Below, in pieces: positions 26,646 to 35,890 of a DNA stretch of 64,000 nt. The notes below the pieces were generated by a model. That model was not told the DNA's origin, made no database searches, and saw only the letters and a program-made list of their open reading frames with translations. The position numbers were made by a program, and so were the translations under genes. Source of the stretch: a virus (lineage: Duplodnaviria > Heunggongvirae > Uroviricota > Caudoviricetes); the IMG/VR virus record IMGVR_UViG_3300048587_000389, positions 1 to 64,000 of that record; one strand, given 5' to 3'. Numbering within the stretch: the first letter of the stretch is position 1; each line of letters starts with the position of its first letter.

Positions 26646-26669
26646 CAGTATACTAACAAAAGGAGCACA

Positions 26670-26876
26670 ATGACTAGAATACTACGATTTATTGATTTGA
26701 TATTGCGACATATCCCAAAAGCATGGGCAATGTCAGAATATCCCTACTCATTCTTCATTGATGCTGGCTTTAAAGATGCCAAGCTTTTCAAAAATACTCA
26801 ACAATACGTAGAGAGTGCAATTATTTCTTTTGGGAGGAAGAATTATGATGTCACAATCACAACGAAAAGCAATTAA
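26670..26876 (+). CDS. hypothetical small protein
   Basis: AAAGGAG RBS. Confidence 0.45.
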   Translation: MTRILRFIDLILRHIPKAWAMSEYPYSFFIDAGFKDAKLFKNTQQYVESAIISFGRKNYDVTITTKSN

Positions 26877-26950
26877 CACCTTTGCTCTTTGGGCATTCGT
26901 CCCAGAGTTTATGGTCGTTCGGAAATTTGTAAACTTCATAAAGGATATGT

Positions 26951-27382
26951 ATGAGAACTATAAGACATTCAGTCTTCGAGACAAATAGCAGCAGCTCACA
27001 TTCAATTTCTATTTCAAAAGAGACAGCAGTCATGCAGACACTTCCTGTTGGTGCAGACGGTGTACTTCGTTTTAGCGGTGGAGAATTTGGATGGGAGTTT
27101 GAGCACTACTCTAGTGCAATGAGCAAAGCAATATACGCTCTTACTTGGGCTAAGCAATACGGCACAAAAGAAGATGTAGCAATGCTTAGAAAAGTTCTCA
27201 AAGAGCAAACTGGCGCAAAGAAAGTCTTGTTTGAGAGTGTAAGCGATGAGTACTATCCATGGGGATACATTGATCATCAGAGTGATGACGTCTGTAAAGA
27301 AGCTTTTGTCGATGAAGAGACACTAAGAATGTTTATATTCAACCCACAAAGTAATTTCACAACAGACAATGACAACCACTAA
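26951..27382 (+). CDS. hypothetical protein
   Basis: 143-aa ORF preceding radical SAM gene. Confidence 0.45.
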   Translation: MRTIRHSVFETNSSSSHSISISKETAVMQTLPVGADGVLRFSGGEFGWEFEHYSSAMSKAIYALTWAKQYGTKEDVAMLRKVLKEQTGAKKVLFESVSDEYYPWGYIDHQSDDVCKEAFVDEETLRMFIFNPQSNFTTDNDNH

Positions 27383-28277
27383 ACTCTACCAATACCGCAA
27401 CGGAAACTATGATGTGACCATCATGAAAGATGGCACAAAGATTAGAGACTATGATGAGTTTCCTCTTCCTGTTGTTCCTGAATCTATAGATCTCAAGATT
27501 ACGAACTATTGCGATGCTGGATGTGCTTTTTGTCATGAAATGAGCACCAAAGAAGGCAAACATTGTGAAATAGACCGCACTATCTCTTTGATGCACACTT
27601 TTGCTCCACACAATGCAGAAATAGCTATTGGCGGAGGCAATCCCCTTTCGCATCCAGACCTCAACTACTTCCTCCATGCAGTTAGAAGCATGGATCTTAT
27701 TGCTAACATCACAGTCAATCAGCTTCACATCAAGAAATTTGAGCATGAAATCAAGTTCTATCAAGAGCAGAATCTCATTAAAGGACTTGGTATCTCTTGG
27801 TTCCCACATAGAATTGAAGATTTAGACACTTTCATGGGTGAGAATGTGGTAATCCATATCATTATGGGAGTTCATCCTATCAGTGACATCGAGAGACTTC
27901 TGGAGCGGTTTAAGAAGGTGAAGATTTTAGTCCTCGGATACAAAACGTTTGGAAGAGGTGAGCATTACTATGATAAGCTCAATGAAGTTGTAGAAAAGAA
28001 CAAGTACGATTGGTTTACAAACATTGGCAGATTGATGCACAAAGAAGGATTGACACTTTCATTTGACAACTTAGCTATTGAACAACTCAAGATGAAACGA
28101 TTCTTCATAAAAGAGAATTGGGACAAGTTTTATATGGGTGATGACGGTCATTTTACAATGTATATAGATGCTGTCAAAGAAGAATATGCACGATCTTCTA
28201 CAAGTAAAAAGCGCTACAAATATAAAGATACTATCCCACAAATGTTTAACCACATAAGGAGTTTATATGTCAAATGA
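27369..28277 (+). CDS. radical SAM domain protein
   Basis: CDAGCAFC (CxxxCxxC) cluster motif and IAIGGGNPL glycine-rich SAM motif. Confidence 0.55.
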   Translation: MTTTKLYQYRNGNYDVTIMKDGTKIRDYDEFPLPVVPESIDLKITNYCDAGCAFCHEMSTKEGKHCEIDRTISLMHTFAPHNAEIAIGGGNPLSHPDLNYFLHAVRSMDLIANITVNQLHIKKFEHEIKFYQEQNLIKGLGISWFPHRIEDLDTFMGENVVIHIIMGVHPISDIERLLERFKKVKILVLGYKTFGRGEHYYDKLNEVVEKNKYDWFTNIGRLMHKEGLTLSFDNLAIEQLKMKRFFIKENWDKFYMGDDGHFTMYIDAVKEEYARSSTSKKRYKYKDTIPQMFNHIRSLYVK

Positions 28278-28461
28278 CACAGTCAACAACATGGTAGATG
28301 AGCAGCTCAAGAATCTGTTACTTGAATCAGTAAGAGCTAATCTCAATTTTATGAAGAAAAGTATCTCCTATTCTGAATTGGAAAACTTAATTGCCACATC
28401 AATATTGGCGGCAAGAACAAATATCATAAAGATAGTGGAGACAAAAGGTAATGCAGAGTAA
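28267..28461 (+). CDS. hypothetical small protein
   Basis: 64-aa ORF overlapping neighbours. Confidence 0.35.
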   Translation: MSNDTVNNMVDEQLKNLLLESVRANLNFMKKSISYSELENLIATSILAARTNIIKIVETKGNAE

Positions 28462-28825
28462 AGCCCCTTTCGAATCACGTCTGTTCAGTTTGGAAAACAA
28501 AAATGGCCTTAGAGAATACTGGCCCATACTCAATCGTGACAAGATCAAAGTGATTCAGGAGCAAATTGGTGTCGATTATGCAGAGCCCAAAAAATTACTT
28601 GCACGGTTTTACAGAAGTATCACAACATCAGTTGATCAATGTGTCTGTTTTGTAGACAAATGCATCAAATCTGAAGCTAAAAAGAAGCAAAAGGCCACAA
28701 AAGGTGAGATCATCCTTCTCTTTGCTCTCATACTAGTACTCTGGATGTTTATCGGTATCGAAGTAGCAGCTATAACTAGTCTCTTAGGCATCGTTACAAG
28801 TCTGTTGATGCACTCAAGAAAATAG
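28451..28825 (+). CDS. hypothetical protein with C-terminal TM
   Basis: 124-aa ORF. Confidence 0.4.
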   Translation: MQSKAPFESRLFSLENKNGLREYWPILNRDKIKVIQEQIGVDYAEPKKLLARFYRSITTSVDQCVCFVDKCIKSEAKKKQKATKGEIILLFALILVLWMFIGIEVAAITSLLGIVTSLLMHSRK

Positions 28826-28878
28826 ACTCTCCAACACTCTCAGCTCATCTCACATTCTCTCTCATTACAAAAGCAGAC

Positions 28879-28915
28879 AAGAAAAAAGCCACCGGTCTGG
28901 GCAGACGGCGGCGGC
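28879..28915 (-). terminator. leftward rho-independent terminator
   Basis: GCCGCCGTCT-GCCC-AGACCGGTGGC hairpin followed by TTTTTTCTT on minus strand. Confidence 0.55.
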
Positions 28916-28981
28916 TAATTTCTTATTTCTTGCAGTTGTTTCAGTTTTGCAGACAGTCTGCCGAAAACGGCCGACTCTGTT

Positions 28982-29113
28982 TTAGAGATCCAAGAAAGTT
29001 CTTTTGTGAATTCGTGGTCTTCCTGGGCGGTTGCGGATGCCCATTCGATATCGATACTCTTTCACAATCGGTTTAAGTGCCGATCTCACTAAGTTACGAA
29101 TTTGCTTCGCCAT
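28982..29113 (-). CDS. small basic protein (43 aa)
   Basis: GAAAGGAGACAAC RBS; MAKQIRNLVRSALKPIVKEYRYRMGIRNRPGRPRIHKRTFLDL. Confidence 0.4.
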   Translation of the reverse strand: MAKQIRNLVRSALKPIVKEYRYRMGIRNRPGRPRIHKRTFLDL

Positions 29114-29404
29114 GTTGTCTCCTTTCATAGTATTTTTACGTAGTAAAATCGTATTCATAAAGTATTTATAACGTATAATAAATTTGTAATAGATTTGTTA
29201 AAGTTATTTTCTCCTTTCCAATATTTGTTTTGTATTTATGAGTGGATCTTATATCATTTTTCTTAGTTTGTAAATAGGCAATAAGTGTATCAAAGTATAT
29301 CGCCCAGTATGTCACAAAATAGGATTTGTTTTGGGTAACCTTATAGATACACCATTTAACCGAATACATGTCAAATCAATTTTGGTATAGTTTGATATAG
29401 TTTT

Positions 29405-29438
29405 CCCTATTTACAAAGGTATAAAAAGATGGTATAAT
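29405..29438 (+). promoter_or_regulatory. promoter CCCTATTTACAAA(17)TGGTATAAT with upstream TTTGATATAGTTT
   Basis: first copy of duplicated promoter-leader cassette. Confidence 0.55.
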
Positions 29439-29472
29439 CAACTTAATATAAAAAATTAAATAGGAGCACCAA

Positions 29473-29727
29473 ATGAAAGTACCAAACTTGAACGAATTTG
29501 AAAAATACGTATACGACAACATTCGATCAATTGAAAAATATATCATCACTTACGGATTGCAAGATAGCATGATCACCTTAATTGAAGAGCCAAAAGCATT
29601 CAACTACTTTGACTTCAATCACATGGTTGGAAACCCTGATTGGGATTTTGCAGAAGCAGAAATTAAAGTTTACGGTGGAATTCTTTACGAAATCTGGAGT
29701 TCATACCAAGAAGAAGACGAGGAATAA
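29473..29727 (+). CDS. acidic small protein
   Basis: ATAGGAGCACCAAATG RBS. Confidence 0.5.
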   Translation: MKVPNLNEFEKYVYDNIRSIEKYIITYGLQDSMITLIEEPKAFNYFDFNHMVGNPDWDFAEAEIKVYGGILYEIWSSYQEEDEE

Positions 29728-29730
29728 ACT

Positions 29731-29764
29731 CCCTATTTACAAACATAAAAAACAATGGTATAAT
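29731..29764 (+). promoter_or_regulatory. second copy of promoter-leader cassette
   Basis: near-identical about 70-bp cassette. Confidence 0.55.
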
Positions 29765-29797
29765 CAACTTAATAAATAAATATAAAAGGAGGACAAA

Positions 29798-29950
29798 ATG
29801 AAAGCAATCGAATTTTACATCAACGGAGGACTCACCAACATCTTCCCAAATGAGACTGAAAATGATCAAAAGCTCATTGAAAGATACGAAAAGATCGTCT
29901 TACAACAAGATCCTACTCGAAAGATCACAAAAGTCGAGATAACCCTCTAA
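29798..29950 (+). CDS. small protein (50 aa)
   Basis: AAAGGAGGACAAAATG RBS; below track cut-off. Confidence 0.4.
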   Translation: MKAIEFYINGGLTNIFPNETENDQKLIERYEKIVLQQDPTRKITKVEITL

Positions 29951-29973
29951 TCTTCAAACTCTTCAATAGTTAT

Positions 29974-30000
29974 GGCCCCTGGAAACAGGGGTCTTTTTTG
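29974..30000 (+). terminator. rho-independent terminator
   Basis: GGCCCCTGGAAACAGGGGTC hairpin then TTTTTTG. Confidence 0.7.
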
Positions 30001-30333
30001 TATTCAGAGAGGTGTTCACTCAGTGCCCAAAATAGGACTCTCTCTTTGATGCTTATAGTATATACCTTCTCTCTGTATACCCCTACTCTGTGACAGCCCA
30101 TTCTGTTTTGGATAGCCCTACCGTACAGGCTACCATCAGTCAGCATAGGTACTGAGTACTGTATGGGCGCAAAAAGATAACCACTCCAGACTACCTTAGT
30201 CTATATAAGCTATACACACAACATCCTATAACACACATTAGAGAGTTTGTAAACAGTACTACTATTACTACATACTGCTGCTGCATATACACAGCACAGG
30301 ACTCAGACTGCTGAATACGAGACGGAGGGCGAC

Positions 30334-30571
30334 AGTATATCGTAGTATATCAGACGTTAACACACCGTATACCAGTGTATCGCAGTGTATCACACTGTAT
30401 AACACTATATCGCCTAATAAGAGAGTAGGGGTAGGGGGTAAGGGAGTAGCCTAACTATATAACACTATATCACTATATATCTTAGTATATCAAAGTATAA
30501 CAAAGTATATTCAAGAGTATCTTTGTGCGCCACAGCTAATAACACTATATCAGACTATATCGCACTATATC
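30334..30571. repeat. iteron array: about 20 copies of 8-bp motif A(G/C)T(A/G)TAT(C/A) at 10-bp phasing in three blocks, split by G-tract spacer
   Basis: AGTATATC/AGTGTATC/ACTATATC at 30334, 30344, 30364, 30374, 30384, 30394, 30404; 30454-30523; 30544, 30554, 30564; spacer GGGGTAGGGGGTAAGGGAG; no ORF in 29950-30868. Confidence 0.7.
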
Positions 30572-30868
30572 AAAAGGGGGTGGACCGCAATTCTTTCATG
30601 GCTTTGTGCGCTGCTAGGCGCTGGTAAGTCTCTAGCTCTGCAGAGAGACTAGACTATGAGCCCACCGTATTGCAAGTGTTTTTCTGGAGTATACGGCTAC
30701 ACTCATACGTTCGTTACACACAGTGTTAGGATAATCTATAGGCTGTATACGAGCAATGTCAAAGTGTGACTTGTAGTTACCTGCAGAGTGTAACGACTAT
30801 TAGCCCATGGGGGACTAGGGGGACAAAAAGTAGGCCTGCGTAGCAAAGTGATGTGGCGCAAAATGTAT

Positions 30869-31051
30869 TCGCAAGTGTCACTTGACACGCCCCCTAGAGA
30901 CACTGTCACCATGTGTCCTAATGTACCACTCAAACCACCGCTCTAGCACTGCAGCTGCAGCAACGCGATCTAAACCGATGCGCCCAAAAGCTGTCCATGT
31001 GAGACATGCGTTGAGTTGGGATATGAGTTCATTCACCTGGGTAGCGGTCAT
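30869..31051 (-). CDS. small protein (60 aa), last gene of leftward operon
   Basis: GGAGGCCACATG start context shared with several operon members. Confidence 0.35.
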
Positions 31052-31386
31052 GTGGCCTCCTTGTGACTGCTTTCTTGATGTTGGATGTGCATGTGGCTAG
31101 TGCCGTACTTGTGCTCTTGTGTGATGCGCCTTTTGACCGCATCTGATGGCTCGCGCAACATGTACACTGAGCTAAGTTGTAGGTGGCAAAAGGGACAGTG
31201 TATGGTGCCTCCCGCTGGCGGATGCATGCCGTTGGGATAGTACGCATTAGAAGCCAAAAGCGCATCACCTAACTTGGGTGTCTTGAGCAAGTAGACTGCT
31301 GCAGAGTTGCAGTTGAAGCACCAGATGCAAGGAAGCTGATAGACTGGCAAGTCTGCAACAATGAGCTGCGAAATGTCAACTTTCAC
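31048..31386 (-). CDS. Cys-rich small protein, member of DISQLIVA N-terminal family
   Basis: MKVDISQLIVADLP; CIWCFNCN and HCPFCH zinc-binding-like pairs. Confidence 0.5.
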   Translation of the reverse strand: MKVDISQLIVADLPVYQLPCIWCFNCNSAAVYLLKTPKLGDALLASNAYYPNGMHPPAGGTIHCPFCHLQLSSVYMLREPSDAVKRRITQEHKYGTSHMHIQHQESSHKEAT

Positions 31387-31724
31387 TTGGCCTCCGCAAG
31401 TGACTCTCTTTTGATGCGCTCTTTAAGCACATCTAGAGTATTATAGTAACTATTGTCCGCATCCTCAAAGTCTTTCTGATACTTCTCGTATCTCAGAGCA
31501 TAACACACAGGGCAATACCGATCTGGATAGTCTCCCGGTTCGTAGGGATCGTATCTAGTACAACTGTTCATCCAAGAACGACAGACTAACCGCTCGCAAA
31601 TAGTGCACTTACAGAATTTGTTGAGGTCATTAGATTCATGGGCGCAAAAGTCGCATTGATAGATGTCGATCTCCTTCTTCTGTGCCTCTACTGCTGGTAT
31701 GTCAATAATTTTCTTTTTGAGCAT
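31383..31724 (-). CDS. Cys-rich zinc-finger-like protein
   Basis: multiple CxxC pairs (CDFC, CKCTIC, CPVC). Confidence 0.5.
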   Translation of the reverse strand: MLKKKIIDIPAVEAQKKEIDIYQCDFCAHESNDLNKFCKCTICERLVCRSWMNSCTRYDPYEPGDYPDRYCPVCYALRYEKYQKDFEDADNSYYNTLDVLKERIKRESLAEAK

Positions 31725-31733
31725 GTTGTCTCA

Positions 31734-31967
31734 TCACATAGTCCTGTTGTACAAACTTCTCATGTGTTCGTCGAGAGACTCTAGACCGTAGGTCATGTCT
31801 CGCGTCGGAAAAAGTGTCTCACTAAAAGCCTGTCCTCCGTGCATCACAGTCAATAAGAGCTTGTCCTCATAGATAGAAACTATGTATACTGCCGGGCAGG
31901 GATCGCCTTCATTGTGCTCAGCTGCAAGTCTGTTGACTTCTTTTTGTATAGTGCTTTGTATTGTCAT
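31734..31967 (-). CDS. hypothetical small protein
   Basis: 77-aa ORF. Confidence 0.45.
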   Translation of the reverse strand: MTIQSTIQKEVNRLAAEHNEGDPCPAVYIVSIYEDKLLLTVMHGGQAFSETLFPTRDMTYGLESLDEHMRSLYNRTM

Positions 31968-32200
31968 GTGGCCTTTGGTAGTAGTACGAAGTGTACTTTG
32001 TCGTCGTAACCTTGTTGTGCCCTTAATCTGTCCATAAACTCATCAAGCGGTATGTCTTTGCATTCTGGATATTTCTCTAAGATTGTTTGTATTATCTCTT
32101 GTGCTCCCATTTTTACATACTCTTGCGCGCTTATGTCAAAAGTTAGAGACCGCGCTCCTTCTGGCTCTGCTACAATAAGCTGGCTAATATCAATTCTCAT
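31964..32200 (-). CDS. small protein, DISQLIVA family
   Basis: MRIDISQLIVAEPE. Confidence 0.5.
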   Translation of the reverse strand: MRIDISQLIVAEPEGARSLTFDISAQEYVKMGAQEIIQTILEKYPECKDIPLDEFMDRLRAQQGYDDKVHFVLLPKAT

Positions 32201-32378
32201 AGTTTCTCATCGGAGTCACAGTTGCGTGTGTGAGATGCAATCCACTGTCATCAAAATAGAGTTCTAGACTTAGCTGATCTCCTGCTCGCACGTTCATACC
32301 ATCAGGAAGCTTTACTCGAAATGAGTTGTCTTCTTCTAGTTTAATGAGTTTTTTGACGTCTATTCTAAGAGACTGCAT
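32190..32378 (-). CDS. small protein, DISQLIVA family (divergent)
   Basis: LRIDVKKLIKL. Confidence 0.45.
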   Translation of the reverse strand: MQSLRIDVKKLIKLEEDNSFRVKLPDGMNVRAGDQLSLELYFDDSGLHLTHATVTPMRNYEN

Positions 32379-32637
32379 GTCTCATCTCCATTACGTATCT
32401 ATTGTTTTGTTCTAGCGCTCTAATACCCTGCTGTATAGTTTCAAGTGTCAATGCTCTTCCTGCAGCTGGTGTCTCAGATAGCGTTGGCTGCGCATCTTCT
32501 TCCCATTCTATATTCTCTGGCCAAAAGAACTTGCGCTCTTTGATCATTGCAATCATGTCGTCAACATAAGTTTTCGGGAGAAACTCAGTCTGCGGAACAA
32601 CTAGCTTGCGGACATCAACTCTCAGTGGCTGGCTCAT
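32365..32637 (-). CDS. small protein, DISQLIVA family (divergent)
   Basis: LRVDVRKLVVP. Confidence 0.45.
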   Translation of the reverse strand: MSQPLRVDVRKLVVPQTEFLPKTYVDDMIAMIKERKFFWPENIEWEEDAQPTLSETPAAGRALTLETIQQGIRALEQNNRYVMEMRHAVS

Positions 32638-32902
32638 AGAAATATGAAACTCCAGCTAAGAGTGCATTCTGTTGAAGTGCTCGCAAAACTCCAGTTTCAT
32701 CCTTTGCGCTTATCATGCCTAGAAAACTAACTACGCATTGCTTTTCTGGCCAGTGTGCTGGAACATGTATTCCGGGCTCAAGAACTATTTCTTCTTGCTC
32801 AAATAAATTGATGTACTTGCCTTCAGCATCTTTGATGGGACATTCATAAAATGTGAATGTTACCTGCCCATTATAGAATGCTGCGATCAATAAACCTTCC
32901 AT
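32615..32902 (-). CDS. hypothetical small protein
   Basis: GGAGGCCACATGGAAGG start context. Confidence 0.45.
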   Translation of the reverse strand: MEGLLIAAFYNGQVTFTFYECPIKDAEGKYINLFEQEEIVLEPGIHVPAHWPEKQCVVSFLGMISAKDETGVLRALQQNALLAGVSYFYEPATES

Positions 32903-32910
32903 GTGGCCTC

Positions 32911-33168
32911 CTATATTTCTACATGCTCTTCAAAAGCTTTGTCATATACTTTCCAGCTGACTATGCATTTGAAATGTGCTAATCCTGTTTTTACTTTAAG
33001 CAATTCTATTGCGCTTTTCTTCATTTGTTCTACAACTGCATCAACTCTCTTTGGTTCCGTTTCACCTGGAATCTCAATAAGTACTTGTTTTGAAGTTCTG
33101 TAGTATGTGTCTAGCGAAATAGATTTTGTCATATTATTCTTGCGGTCTTTTAAAGACTGCGATTGCAT
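32911..33168 (-). CDS. hypothetical small protein
   Basis: 85-aa ORF. Confidence 0.45.
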   Translation of the reverse strand: MQSQSLKDRKNNMTKSISLDTYYRTSKQVLIEIPGETEPKRVDAVVEQMKKSAIELLKVKTGLAHFKCIVSWKVYDKAFEEHVEI

Positions 33169-33285
33169 AGCCGTTGTGATACGAGTAGTAAACTAACTCC
33201 CACCCCAAAGCCCCTTGCTCACTAAGCTTTGCTTGAAGCTCTTGAGTGCTAATCATCTGGTCAAGAACGTTGTATTCCCATTTTG

Positions 33286-33519
33286 TCATTTGTGTCTCCT
33301 CGATTGCTTATTACGCTTGTTTGCCGCGCGTCTTTTTTCTAATTGCTTCTGCTTGTGTCTGTCTTGATCAATTCTGTATTGTCCCATACGTTCACTAGGT
33401 TGAAGTTTACCGTACTGCTCTGCTTGGCGCAAAGTAAGAGGGACGTGTTTCTCTTGCTCTTCTGGCGGCAAAGTGTTAAGCAATTCTTCAGTTATGATCT
33501 CGCCTGTGTCTACATGCAT
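33286..33519 (-). CDS. small protein with highly basic C-terminus
   Basis: 77-aa ORF, KR-rich tail. Confidence 0.45.
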   Translation of the reverse strand: MHVDTGEIITEELLNTLPPEEQEKHVPLTLRQAEQYGKLQPSERMGQYRIDQDRHKQKQLEKRRAANKRNKQSRRHK

Positions 33520-33549
33520 ATAGTATCCTTTATCTTCTCAAAGCAAAGC

Positions 33550-33768
33550 CTATTTCTTGGCCTTGCATGTTCTTCCGCAGAGTTTGTTTACCACATTTTG
33601 TTCAAAAGCCTTATTCAGCGGACCAATTGTCACTAAAAGCGCAAATGCCCAGGAGATTGTCGTAGCTGCTACTGCCAGCCACCCATAAAATGAGTAAGAC
33701 CAAAACGTGTTGAGCCCAATAAGTGCTAACAAGGCTAGATATTTTGTTTTTCCTCTGAGATGGGCCAT
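33550..33768 (-). CDS. small membrane protein
   Basis: two hydrophobic spans. Confidence 0.4.
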   Translation of the reverse strand: MAHLRGKTKYLALLALIGLNTFWSYSFYGWLAVAATTISWAFALLVTIGPLNKAFEQNVVNKLCGRTCKAKK

Positions 33769-33947
33769 AATGGCTTTCCTTTTAATGTTAGTGACTTGTC
33801 TTCGCGATCTGCTCTGACTGAGTACTGAATCTTTATTTTTCCTGTGAGCAGCGCTTTCAAGATGAACAGCCTCTTGATTGGGAGTATGACTTCATACGTG
33901 TCCCACCTATTCCAAGTTACTGCTGGATATGTGACTGCTTTCTTCAC
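33735..33947 (-). CDS. hypothetical small protein
   Basis: 70-aa ORF. Confidence 0.4.
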   Translation of the reverse strand: MKKAVTYPAVTWNRWDTYEVILPIKRLFILKALLTGKIKIQYSVRADREDKSLTLKGKPLWPISEEKQNI

Positions 33948-33949
33948 TG

Positions 33950-34222
33950 TTACTCCTTATCTGGTATAAGACTGTAATATCGTGCTTCACCATTTACTGT
34001 GGCACACATATCTGGACTTTTATATCCACTGACATATTTGTATTCTTGTCCGTAAAATCCCTTACAAGCTTCATCTTGTGTCCAATATCCTTTATGCTGC
34101 GGACGAGTAGATGAATGCCATGCGCCAAAAATAACAATTATGATAACTGCTAGAATGACAAATACAAAGAACTTGTCATCGCCATCAGATTCTGTGTATT
34201 CCCATGATGAGCTGGTTGTCAT
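33950..34222 (-). CDS. small membrane protein
   Basis: FFVFVILAVIIIVIFGAW TM. Confidence 0.45.
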   Translation of the reverse strand: MTTSSSWEYTESDGDDKFFVFVILAVIIIVIFGAWHSSTRPQHKGYWTQDEACKGFYGQEYKYVSGYKSPDMCATVNGEARYYSLIPDKE

Positions 34223-34425
34223 ATCTCTTCCTCCATAAAGTCTTTGACTGCTGCTTGCATCATTTCACCACATACATACTTGATGAAGTGCATAAAATCT
34301 TCTGGATTAGAAAAGCGAGCAATAGTTTTTCCTGTGCTTTTCTCTATGAGGTCATACCAGTCTGCATGAGCTTTCGGGCCATGTGCAGTTGTCTTTCTAA
34401 CCTCGTAATTTATGTTGTTGAACAT
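34219..34425 (-). CDS. hypothetical small protein
   Basis: 68-aa ORF, ATGA overlap. Confidence 0.45.
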   Translation of the reverse strand: MFNNINYEVRKTTAHGPKAHADWYDLIEKSTGKTIARFSNPEDFMHFIKYVCGEMMQAAVKDFMEEEI

Positions 34426-34471
34426 ATTGCTCCTGTATGTCTATTATATTCGGAAATTATGCAAAAGTATA

Positions 34472-35080
34472 CTAGAGTTTTCGGTCAGATCCGTCTTTCC
34501 AAAACTTTGTCTTGCGCAGATAATGTTCTCTTCTGGCAATGTCCCATGCCTCCATACGGCTAATATTGCTCAATCTATCTGCTAACTTGATCATTATTCC
34601 GTGCTGTGACTTCAATCTAGGAAAATATCTTCCGTACGAGTCTTTTTCACCTTCATGAGTCACCTCCATCACTAAATCTGCAATTTCTTTCCCAAAATTG
34701 TCCAATAACTCATCATACGATGTATTTGTGTCCTCAATTGTGTCATGCAGTAACCCTGCAGCTAAAACAGCCTCATTTTTTGTTACTTTTTGCAAAATAT
34801 TGAACACGTTGAGTAAATGCGCATCAAAATATGACTTTCCTTCATCATCTAGTTGATCTTTGTGCTTACTTTGCGCAAAACGATATGCTCTGCCTACTAC
34901 CATGGGCAAAGAACCAACATATTCAGCATCTCTGCATATATCACACCCTTCTGGGTAATGAACATGGTTGCAGAAGCCGCTCGGGTTAGCAAGCTCTTTC
35001 TGAAAGCCGCAGTGCTTACAAAATAGATCTGGGCGCATTATTTTAAGTCTGCGCTCTTCACTTTTGCTATGGATTTTCAT
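34472..35080 (-). CDS. SpoT/Mesh1-like HD-domain (p)ppGpp hydrolase with N-terminal zinc ribbon (small alarmone hydrolase)
   Basis: AAGLLHDTIEDT and KLADRLSN motifs of RelA/SpoT hydrolase domain; CKHCG ... CDIC ribbon. Confidence 0.6.
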   Translation of the reverse strand: MKIHSKSEERRLKIMRPDLFCKHCGFQKELANPSGFCNHVHYPEGCDICRDAEYVGSLPMVVGRAYRFAQSKHKDQLDDEGKSYFDAHLLNVFNILQKVTKNEAVLAAGLLHDTIEDTNTSYDELLDNFGKEIADLVMEVTHEGEKDSYGRYFPRLKSQHGIMIKLADRLSNISRMEAWDIARREHYLRKTKFWKDGSDRKL

Positions 35081-35086
35081 GTTGTC

Positions 35087-35593
35087 CTAATCAGTTGTAT
35101 ATCTAATGAATTTGTTTCTTTGCATATCATTAAGATAAAATCTGAGATACTGAATACAAGCCAGCGTTTCATCTTCTGTCAAATTCTGTTTCCAGTATTT
35201 TTCTTTGAGCTCAATTCTGAACCATACACTTCCGTGTTTTGGGCCCATAAAATGTCCGCAACTTACTCTTTGTGAGTTCCATCCAGAGTATGATTTGACT
35301 CCGATGTATTCTTCTTTAAGTGTTTTTGCGCCGTTTCTTAAATCTTTAATTGCTTCGTTAATAGCATCAATGCACTCTTTTGTGAAATAGTCATTTGAAT
35401 TTCTCACCTCTATAATATGCACTCCAGCATCTGCAGCATCGTCGTTCAAGCCATCTTCTATAAGATTTCGTGCTTTGATAAGCTCATTAAGTGATTTATC
35501 AACACTTGCCATGTCTAGATCAAACTTTGTTTTGAGTCGCAATTTCATATCTTGTCTGATACTGATTTGCTTGTTTAGTTCTTCGTATGTCAT
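35087..35593 (-). CDS. hypothetical protein
   Basis: 168-aa ORF. Confidence 0.5.
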   Translation of the reverse strand: MTYEELNKQISIRQDMKLRLKTKFDLDMASVDKSLNELIKARNLIEDGLNDDAADAGVHIIEVRNSNDYFTKECIDAINEAIKDLRNGAKTLKEEYIGVKSYSGWNSQRVSCGHFMGPKHGSVWFRIELKEKYWKQNLTEDETLACIQYLRFYLNDMQRNKFIRYTTD

Positions 35594-35611
35594 TTGTCCT
35601 CCCTCAAAAGA

Positions 35612-35890
35612 CTAATTTAGTATTTGTGGAATAATAAAATCCACATCATCGTAAGAAATAATGCAATCTCTTTCAAGTTGAGGTGCCATTTTAAGCAACT
35701 GATCTTTGATTTTCTCAAAGTCTGTGCCCCACTCTTCTTCCATGACATCATCTAGTTTACATTTGATAACAAATTTTATGATGTTGGGCCCGTAAGTGTA
35801 TTCTCCCTCAGTCCATGCTTTAGAAAGATAGTAGATCAAAAATGTTACTTCATTAGACATATTTCTCCTTAATCTAGATGTGATGCACAT
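35612..35890 (-). CDS. hypothetical small protein
   Basis: 92-aa ORF. Confidence 0.45.
   Translation of the reverse strand: MCITSRLRRNMSNEVTFLIYYLSKAWTEGEYTYGPNIIKFVIKCKLDDVMEEEWGTDFEKIKDQLLKMAPQLERDCIISYDDVDFIIPQILN

Noticed and set aside
30334-30571. Possible CRISPR array because of many short direct repeats
   Set aside because: Repeats are only 8 bp with 2-bp gaps at 10-bp phasing, with no 25-40-bp repeat and spacer alternation; pattern fits iterons, not CRISPR
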